A stretch of DNA of 63,899 nt, the filler included, from Octopus bimaculoides (Eukaryota), in assembly GCF_001194135.2 (NCBI RefSeq). It is 5 parts of 4 records of this genome, joined end to end, with 100 filler letters (N's around TTAATTAATTAA, not from the genome) between each part and the next. Parts side by side here need not be neighbours in the genome. Positions count along the whole stretch, not along the records: positions 47,888 to 59,932 come from NC_068987.1; positions 60,033 to 63,899 come from NC_068981.1; 3 more parts are not named here. One strand, 5' to 3'. Below, piece by piece: positions 54,990 to 63,899 of this stretch. Position 1 is the first letter of the stretch. The number at the start of each line of letters is the position of its first letter. The notes under the pieces were generated by a model, which saw only the letters and a list, made by a program, of their open reading frames with translations, did no database searches and had not been told where the DNA came from. The translations under genes were made by a program, and so were the position numbers.

Positions 54990-55400
54990 CATACATATAT
55001 CGTTTATCTTTTACTTGTTTCATTCATTAGACTGCAGCCATGCTGGGGCACTACCTTCAAGAATTTTAGTTGCATGAATCAATCCCAGTAATTTTATATT
55101 TTCAATCCTGGTACTTATTCTATTGGTTCCTTTTTTGCTGAACTGCTAAGTTACAGGGATGTAAACACACTAACACCAGTCGTCAAGCAGTGGTGGGGGG
55201 AAAAACACAGACGCACACATATAGATATATGTACATATATCTGATGGTCTTCTTTCAGTTTCCATCTGCCAAATCTACTCACAAGGCTTAGGCTGACTTG
55301 AGGTTATAGTAGGAGACTCTTGCCCAAGTTTCCATGCACTGGGACTGAACACTGAACAATGGGGTTTTGAATTAAACTTCTTACTACAAAGCCACTCCTG
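54990..55400 (-). mobile_element. SINE family C, older CpG-decayed copy
   Basis: Colinear with 43985-44205 plus 53925-54065. Confidence 0.8.
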
Positions 55401-55403
55401 TGC

Positions 55404-55441
<38 letters not shown>

Positions 55442-56739
55442 ACACATGATACACACACATATGAGGGGAGGCTGAAAAGTTCCTAACTTTGGGTAAAAGC
55501 AATTTCCCCTCTCAGATTCACACACTTATTGCAGCAGTCCTTCAGTTTTTCTAAGCCCTGTAAAAGAACTTGGAAAGTTGGGCCTCTAACCAGACCTCTT
55601 GCAATATCCTTAAAGCCAGGAGCTTTTCAGCACCCTCCCGTATATACACAACAGGCTTCTTTCAGTTTCTGTTTACTAAATTCACACACAAAGCTTTGTC
55701 CATTTGGGGATTGTAATAGAAGACACTTGCCTAAGGTGCCACACAATAGAATGAACCTGAAGCTAGGTGGTTAAAAAGTGAACTACTGAACAATAGTCAC
55801 ACCAGTGTCTAACCAACATTAATAATGAGTTAATTATAAGGGAAATGGCTCAGTCTGGGACTGAACCTAAATTGTTAGCTCTACTTGCCAGAAATGTACC
55901 ATCACTTGGCTGCTCTCTCTCACACACAATATTTAACTATTTCCAAAACTTTCATTTTTATTGCAAACGAACTAATATAACAAAACATTTCTTCAAATCA
56001 TTATTAACATTTCTAGCAGATTGAATGATCACACAGATCCTCCTCTTGATCATTGACAGAATGTATTACTGGTCAAAGTTGAAGTGATCAAACAGAAAAT
56101 GGTGGAAATTCCTAGATTTTGAGTTATGGATATAATTATTTATAATATTATATATTAATATTAATTAATATTACACTGAGTTTCCAAACTCTTTACCTTT
56201 AATAAAAATTAACATGAAACGTTTTTTGTTAGTTAAAATTTTTATTGTTAGATTTTTATTTTGATATCTTCTGTATATTTTCATACAAGGAACCATTAGG
56301 TATTTGCACAAACAAGAAAAATAAAGCAAAAACAAAATATAAAATGTCCAACACTTTTATTGATTTGTCGTAATTTATTAGTTCATATTGACTGAAATCA
56401 GTCTGAAATGGTTAAAAGGTTATAAGTTCACAGCACCAGGCACAAAGGCCTCACATTTATAAGAAAGTTGGGAGGAAGGGATAAATTAAAATTTCAAGAT
56501 ATCCATGCTTTTTTCAAGAACATTATCAGTGCAAGTAAAGGGAATTGGCTTCGATGGGAAACAAATTAGGCCACAGACTTGTTTGGACCTTTCAATTCTG
56601 TAGCACTCACCTCAAAGACAAATATGAAGGTAAATAGGCAATTTTAGCGTGACCTCAATACATATCTGGTACATATTTATTGACCCCTGGAAAGGTGAAA
56701 TTGGGGGCATTTAGTTCAATGAAGATTTGTTCCCATCTC

Positions 56740-57400
56740 AACAGTCTTTAATGATAATTGTTTCTAATATAGGCACAAAGCCTGTGGTTTTCATGGGTTA
56801 GATGATTACTCCCCACCCACCCTTTGTGCCCTTCACTGGTATTTTATTTTGTCAATCACCAAAAGGATGAATGGCAAAATTGACCTCATATGGGGTTTGA
56901 ACTCAGACTGTAACTAAAGACTGGAAAGAATTTTATCTGACACTAATAATTCTGCCAATCCATCATCCTTTTAATAATAATTCTTTCAAATGTTAGTAGA
57001 AGGCCAGCAAATTTTAAGGGGAAGGAGTTAGTCAATTACACTGATCCCAGTACTTGACAGGTGCTGTATTCATTGAGCCCAGGAGAATGAAAGGCAAAGT
57101 TGACCTTGGCAGGATTTGAACTCAGAACATAAAGAACCAAAAGAAATATTGCTGAGCATTTTGTTTGATGTGCTAGCAATTCTGCTAACTCATTAGCTTT
57201 CTAATAATAATAATTTCTAGTATAGGCACAAGGCCATAAATTTAGGGGAATAGTTTAAATGATTAAAATCCATCTAGGTATTTACCTGAACTTTTTTGAC
57301 CTCAGAAAAATGAAAAGCAAAATTGACCTTGCTACGACTTGAACTCAGGATGTTAAAGACACAGAAATTGTCTATAAGATAGGCACAAAATCATAAGTTT
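56740..57400 (-). mobile_element. Cluster of three decayed SINE family B copies
   Basis: Repeated aaaggc/gcaaa.ttgacct..g...tttgaactcag at ~56870, ~57090 and ~57315. Confidence 0.7.
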
Positions 57401-58841
57401 TAGAAGGAACAGTTAATAACATCAAGTCAAGTATTTAACCAGAATAATGACTAAATTAAGTAGAGATTCTGATAATAGGGAGAGGCAGATGATTTTAAAA
57501 AATAAAGGGTTTCTTGCAATGTTTTGTTTGGCGAGGGGGAGAATGAGTATTTTATAATGTTCGTGCTTTTCCTCCAAAACAATCACTGAAGGAAACAAAG
57601 TTCTTAACTTGGACATAACTTTAGTTACATGCAGTCAGATTGCCTTGAATTTATTTCAATGTACACCACATTTAGAAATAATGGTTATGGGGGCATGCAG
57701 TGGGTGAATTCAGGAGAATTCAAGGTTAGGATGTAAAATAAAGAGAGTGAGATTTCAAAACAGAAGAGAAATAAAAATGTAAGGTTGAGTCCCCTTTCCT
57801 CCAGATCAAACAAGGAGGAACTCAAGAAGTAGAAAAAATAAATTGAAATGTTATATGAAACGCCAAATTTGTAAACTGTCACAGCAGTAACTTAACCAAT
57901 TGACTGTAGATCTCTGATATGGTTTGTGCTGAAACAGGAGGTACTGCGCTATCAACAACCATTATCAGGGAACACAAAGTAAATAATGCATGGTGCAGAA
58001 AGATCTGAAAGTCATGTTTTTATACACTATGTGTGTATCTGTATATATATACTGTTGTGTCTGGGGAGAGTCATTTTCTTATTGTGCCTTAAAATTTAAC
58101 ACACNNNNNNNNNNNNNNNNNNNNNNNNNNNNNNNNNNNNNNNNNNNNNNNNNNNNNNNNNNNNNNNNNNNNNNNNNNNNNNNNNNNNNNNNNNNNNNNN
58201 NNNNNNNNNNNNNNNNNNNNNNNNNNNNNNNNNNNNNNNNNNNNNNNNNNNNNNNNNNNNNNNNNNNNNNNNNNNNNNNNNNNNNNNNNNNNNNNNNNNN
58301 NNNNNNNNNNNNNNNNNNNNNNNNNNNNNNNNNNNNNNNNNNNNNNNNNNNNNNNNNNNNNNNNNNNNNNNNNNNNNNNNNNNNNNNNNNNNNNNNNNNN
58401 NNNNNNNNNNNNNNNNNNNNNNNNNNNNNNNNNNNNNNNNNNNNNNNNNNNNNNNNNNNNNNNNNNNNNNNNNNNNNNNNNNNNNNNNNNNNNNNNNNNN
58501 NNNNNNNNNNNNNNNNNNNNNNNNNNNNNNNNNNNNNNNNNNNNNNNNNNNNNNNNNNNNNNNNNNNNNNNNNNNNNNNNNNNNNNNNNNNNNNNNNNNN
58601 NNNNNNNNNNNNNNNNNNNNNNNNNNNNNNNNNNNNNNNNNNNNNNNNNNNNNNNNNNNNNNNNNNNNNNNNNNNNNNNNNNNNNNNNNNNNNNNNNNNN
58701 NNNNNNNNNNNNNNNNNNNNNNNNNNNNNNNNNNNNNNNNNNNNNNNNNNNNNNNNNNNNNNNNNNNNNNNNNNNNNNNNNNNNNNNNNNNNNNNNNNNN
58801 NNNNNNNNNNNNNNNNNNNNNNNNNNNNNNNNNNNNNNNNN

Positions 58842-58894
<53 letters not shown>

Positions 58895-59099
58895 GAGTAG
58901 TTAAGTTTATGTCCGGTCATAGTGACCAATGGTTTTGCATCCACAAAGTCCTTAAACTCATGAACATTTCATCAAACTTTAATGCCAAAGACAAATGTAA
59001 CTCTTCACCTCTGGGAGGCAAGAATCAATTATGGTCATTTGGGCAACAACAAATAAATAGTCCGGGGTCAGTAAGAATAGCTTATCTCCCTTAGACCAG

Positions 59100-59520
59100 T
59101 TTTGTGTGACCTAAAAGATAGGGAACAAAGGATTTATCCCTTGGGCTGCTTTTGGATTGTAAGGGCTCTTCAGGGTCTAATCAGAGAACAGGGTTTTCCA
59201 TGTTTGCAGCAGGTAGTGTTTAAAATTGATGCAAGGACTGCAAATTTCCTGGTGAGTGTTCAGTGATCCAGCTTCCAGGGAGTCTTTGAGTATCCTTGCT
59301 CCTTTGGGTATACAAAGCTTGCAGCATTCACTCCTGTTAATGTAGGGTATGGGCCACTTTAAGATCCTCCACTTGATATTGTATGGGGTACCTTCATCTT
59401 TGAGGCACCACATGTGGCTGGCCAGAAGTGTGATGAATCATCTTTCTGGAATCCTGAAAGAGGACCAGTAGCTGTACAGTCATCACTTGAAGGCTGTCCC
59501 AGCTGACCCAATCCGATATA
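59100..59520 (-). mobile_element. Penelope-like element GIY-YIG endonuclease C-terminal fragment
   Basis: RIGSAGTAFK..LASHMWCLKDEGTPYNIKWRILK..PYINRSECCKLC..LNTHQEICSPC matches the PLE pattern (W.LK....Y.IKW.IL....Y.....C.LC); degenerate CTGAAGA motif follows the stop. Confidence 0.75.
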
Positions 59521-59560
59521 TATGTCCAGCTACCCTTTATATATATATATATATATACTT

Positions 59561-59792
59561 TATTTAAAAGCAGCAGAAATATAACAAAAAGCTGTTACTC
59601 AGAGTTTCACGTTCCCGTTCATCGGACAGTTTTGTTAGAAATGGGAGAGAAATGATAATGCAATCAAAATTAATAACTATTAGTTTTGATTGCATCGTCA
59701 TTTCTCTCCCATTTCTAACAAAACTGTCCGATGAACAGGAACGTGAAACTCTGAGTAATAGATTTTTGTTATATTTCTGCTACTTTTAAATA
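59561..59792. repeat. ~114-bp-arm palindrome with a hammerhead-like motif in each arm
   Basis: Arms 59561-59674 and 59679-59792 around a 4-nt loop. Confidence 0.9.
59592..59629 (-). ncRNA. Minimal type I hammerhead-like motif, CCGAUGA (U4C) variant
   Basis: cugu-CCGAUGA-acg(ggaa)cgu-GAAA-cuc(u)gag-U-A-acag; all three helices pair; the mirror copy at 59724-59761 (+) has two substitutions. Confidence 0.65.
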
Positions 59793-59932
59793 TAGCATAT
59801 TATTCTACCTCTGGTATTTGAGTACTCTTATTTTCACTTTCTTGCACATTTATGTGCTTACTCCGGTATATATATATATATATAAATAAATAATTTTCAC
59901 CTTTAAAGGTATTTTAATATATATAAATAATT

Positions 59933-60032
59933 NNNNNNNNNNNNNNNNNNNNNNNNNNNNNNNNNNNNNNNNNNNNTTAATTAATTAANNNNNNNNNNNN
60001 NNNNNNNNNNNNNNNNNNNNNNNNNNNNNNNN
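59933..60032. other. Artificial 100-bp scaffold spacer
   Basis: 44 N + TTAATTAATTAA (59977-59988) + 44 N. Confidence 0.95.
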
Positions 60033-61376
60033 GGAGGTCTTTGCACTTTAATGATCATAGAACATATAAATTTTGATATGATACAAAGTAGAGCTAATGA
60101 AGTCATTTGGGAGTATATTTCGGATAATGAATACAAAATATCGTTCTACATGAATGCGAAATTTCTTTTCAGAAACCCCCACATAAATGGTGTAAGGAAA
60201 TTGAAGGAAGTCGTTGAAAGTTCTCCTCTGCGAATCTATTATATAGTAAAGGGAGCTATTTTCCGATAAAAATATGATTGTTACGTTAAAAACTGTCAAT
60301 ATAAAATCTATACGTGAAAAACCAGAGTTAAAGGCATATATCAGCTACGTTCTTATAGAGTGCGACCACTCTGAAATATGTCGCGTTCAAAATATCATTA
60401 CGGTTGTGAAAATAAGCAAACGTAAACTGAAACATCGCAATGGTAGGTAAACAAATATATATCAACAAATAGAAGAGATGGATGGAAAATTTACCTTTAA
60501 AGTAACTCAGAATAGGTAAAGATAAACTTGCCAAAGTTTAATGCAGTTTAAATATAGAGATCATGATGGTTTGGCATTGGGTATTCATCGCATATATTAT
60601 TCCTAGTCAATGTAAACGGCGTCGTAGATGGACAGTGGGAAGGAATAAATAGAAAAAGCCCATTCACTTTTAAAATATTCTCTAACCATATAATAATACA
60701 CAATTACAACATATAGATAAATAATAACAGGTGGACAGTCGAAATAAATCGATAGACAAAATCCTTTCACTTTTATAATATTCTCTAACCAAGTAATAAT
60801 ACACAATTACAACATATGATTAGATAAATCGAAAACATGTGAAAACCACTAAAAAATATTCTGTGATGTCAATATACGACCATATCGATTAAAACAGTAT
60901 AGAAGACCCTACAAAGAAAAAACTATGTACATACGACGAATTAGAGAGCAACCCTTGTAAACCACATGTTTTCCTCATGTTTTCCATTTACGCGGGAGCT
61001 TTGCGTAAAATGGTATAGTGCATGACCATCCATAAGGCACCGCAGAGTATCAAAGTCCCCATCTCCATCGAGGATACGAAGCCAATATTGTAATAGCTTG
61101 GAATTCAAGCGATCACAATTTTTTTATGCACTATCACAGAACATCCTTTATTTGCAATGTGTATACATGCAAGCTTTGAAAAAAACATATAGATAGCTTT
61201 TTTATCTGCAATTACGTTTGAACACACATCGCGGCAGGAGGCACAAAGACGAGCGGCAACGTACAACTCGCTACTTCACCAGAAGCAATACTGGATGAAT
61301 TCCCGAATGCAGTAAAGGCGTGCACCAGCATGGCCTCAGCCGCTGGCTGAAACCCACAAAAATAAAAGATAAAATG

Positions 61377-61445
<69 letters not shown>

Positions 61446-61632
61446 NNNNNNNNNNNNNNNNNNNNNNNNNNNNNNNNNNNNNNNNNNNNNNNNNNNNNNN
61501 NNNNNNNNNNNNNNNNNNNNNNNNNNNNNNNNNNNNNNNNNNNNNNNNNNNNNNNNNNATAAATATAGGTATATATATACATAAACATAAATATATATGT
61601 ATGTTTGTGTGTGTGTGTTTATGTATATATGC

Positions 61633-61667
<35 letters not shown>

Positions 61668-63352
61668 CGTGTGCGTGTGTGTGGGTGTGTGTGTGTGTGT
61701 GTGTGAATATATATTCGGAGAAACATTTAGAGTGAGAGAAAGGAAGAAAGAGAGGAATCTAAATTCAGCGAGTGTTAAACAACAAATCAGGAAACTGACC
61801 ATGGTACATCAGCTTAGTTATACCAGATATTTAAAGGACTGCTTTGAAACAATGAGAGAACTGCTTCCGAAAAATACAGATAAAAATTACAGTCCATCAA
61901 ATGGACACCTTAAATAAGTTTATTTGTTTGTGATTTTATGGATTTGGGAAAGATTAATGAATGAAGATGTCATTAATGAGAAACATGTGAGGGGTTCGTG
62001 TCATTTAGTGGAACCAAAAATCGTTTCTTCATCTTTCTCTATGGAATATCACCAATTATTGTGAAGGCGTGTTTTTCCTTTCGAAGCGGTGAATGAACGC
62101 ATAACATATAATGCGCAAACACGAATGTAATACTAGCAGACATCATTATTGTAGCATTTATAGAAATGCGATACTTTATGCTTGTATGGGTGAATATGAA
62201 ATTCTTGATTTGCGATATTCATCATAGACTTGCTAAATGATATATATCTTCTGAACATTAGCTTGGGTTTTGAATACACTCATGTGGTCTAGTTATGGTG
62301 GTTTTCATTTAGCAACACTGAACCGATTGAGATAATAGGCTGTTGTCATTTTCAAGGGATGGAGAAGTTATTGAGAATCATTTTGACTGTCGTAGGTTAC
62401 TTAAATTCGAAACTTTTCGAAGATCGAAGCTCACGTGGGAATTATAAACACCTGCATTCAATTTCTAGGTATGCATCAAGTATTACGACTAAAAAAATAA
62501 TTCTGTTTTCAAAATTCCAATAGCATACTCTACCTAAAAGACGATCTGTGCATTAAGGTTCGCGTCTTTGTTTACGAGGGGCAAGGACTTTGTCTTCTGG
62601 TAAATCATGTCTTGAAATGTTACGTCAGTATATTGTTGCGTATATTTCGAACTTGAGCATTAAGATTATTTACAAGGTATGGTGATAGTTTTTCACCAAC
62701 AAGTTTCTATTATACTTTCCCCGTGAGAAAGGATATACTTAATCTTAAATATTTTGTTACAGATATTGAGTCAAGTCAAAATTTTTGAAAATTTTCACAC
62801 GTGCTAAATTGCGGCCTGTATATTTCGTAACCAAAGAAGATCAAGATGTGAAAGATAGCCGCTGAAATCAGTAGTATGGTGTTAGCTGTTCACTACATAT
62901 GTGATTTAAAGCAGCACATATAAACGTGCAATGTAATCTAATTTGGGAACCTATGCTTTATGAGATCAAACTAGGCTATAAACCTACGAAAGAACCAAAA
63001 ACCACTTCTACACAACACTTTCTTGGATAATGGAACTGCAACTATGACATATTTAGATATATATTTTTTTTAATTTCTACTTTCATTCTCTTATTTCTCT
63101 TTATAATCCTTATTTCCTTCTTTTTTTCCAAAATAACTCCTTATGTTGGGCTCTAAAACTTTTCTCTGTTTAAACATCCCACATTGTCTCTCATGAAGGA
63201 ATATCCCTAATGTGCCAAAAAGTGTTGTAAGACTAACTTTCTCATTATAAATGTCCTGAAAATTCCACATAACCTTGGCTTTCTTGTATCATTTTATTTA
63301 ATACACACGCACACACACTCATATCTGTGTGTATATATATACATGCATACAT

Positions 63353-63399
<47 letters not shown>

Positions 63400-63544
63400 G
63401 GTATGTAAGTATGTGTTTATATATACATATGTATATATGTATGTATTTATGTATATTTATATTTATATATATATAAATATGTCTGCGTGTGTGTGTGTGT
63501 GTGTGTATGTGTGTATGTGTGTTTGTGGGTCGGTGTATATATAT

Positions 63545-63899
63545 GGTGGTTGTCTACTCCTTAAACAGAGTTTGACCACCTCCTGCACCTACACCTTAGC
63601 CCTTTCGTGGCGTCTGATGTGGCTTTTTAAACCAGACAGTGTTTTGAAAAAACACCCACACAGATTGCAACTCTGGTTTGCATTACCAATACCTGCAAGT
63701 AAGTTCTGCTCATTATGGATCCTAACATGTCTTTTAAGACCCCCATTGGATTTGCAAACCCTCTGGCACACACCACATTCAAATGTGTGCACAGACATAT
63801 AATCAGAATAGCGGGATGAGGTTTGTTTTCCATGGGTTCGCAGGTGAGATTTGAGGCCAGCACACAAAAAGGTCCTTGTCATTCACCTTCTCAGTCTTT
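63545..63899 (-). mobile_element. C2H2 zinc-finger-bearing 3' end, probably an RTE-like LINE
   Basis: CGVCQRVCKSNGGLKRHVRIH and CNLCGCFFKTLSGLKSHIRRH plus a partly deleted first finger (AGLKSHLRTH); no TGEKP linkers; short 3' UTR runs into a (CA)/(TA) tail. A host ZNF exon is not excluded. Confidence 0.55.

Overview
AT-rich, gap-containing eukaryotic draft sequence. The repeat families and extreme microsatellite density suggest a coleoid cephalopod such as Octopus (inference, no database search). The only well-supported gene is a divergent nuclear hormone receptor on the minus strand. Two ligand-binding-domain exons (26447-26232 and 19372-19174) have canonical splice sites and join in frame. 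No zinc-finger DNA-binding exon and no certain terminal exon are visible. The rest is intronic/intergenic: three tRNA-derived SINE families, many R4/Dong-like (RT + restriction-like endonuclease) LINE fragments docked in microsatellites, CR1- and RTE-like 3' ends, three Tc1/mariner remnants (mariner N-terminus, DD37D, DD41D), Penelope-like remnants with minimal hammerhead ribozyme motifs, and two solo-LTR-like repeats. Less ordinary signals: at least seven long fold-back palindromes, one with a tRNA-like cloverleaf as its loop and one carrying paired variant hammerheads, and a CpG-depleted block (~49-59.5 kb) bracketed by artificial scaffold spacers. Most ORFs in the supplied track are microsatellite or N-gap artefacts. 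Repeat boundaries are approximate unless a TSD or splice site is cited.
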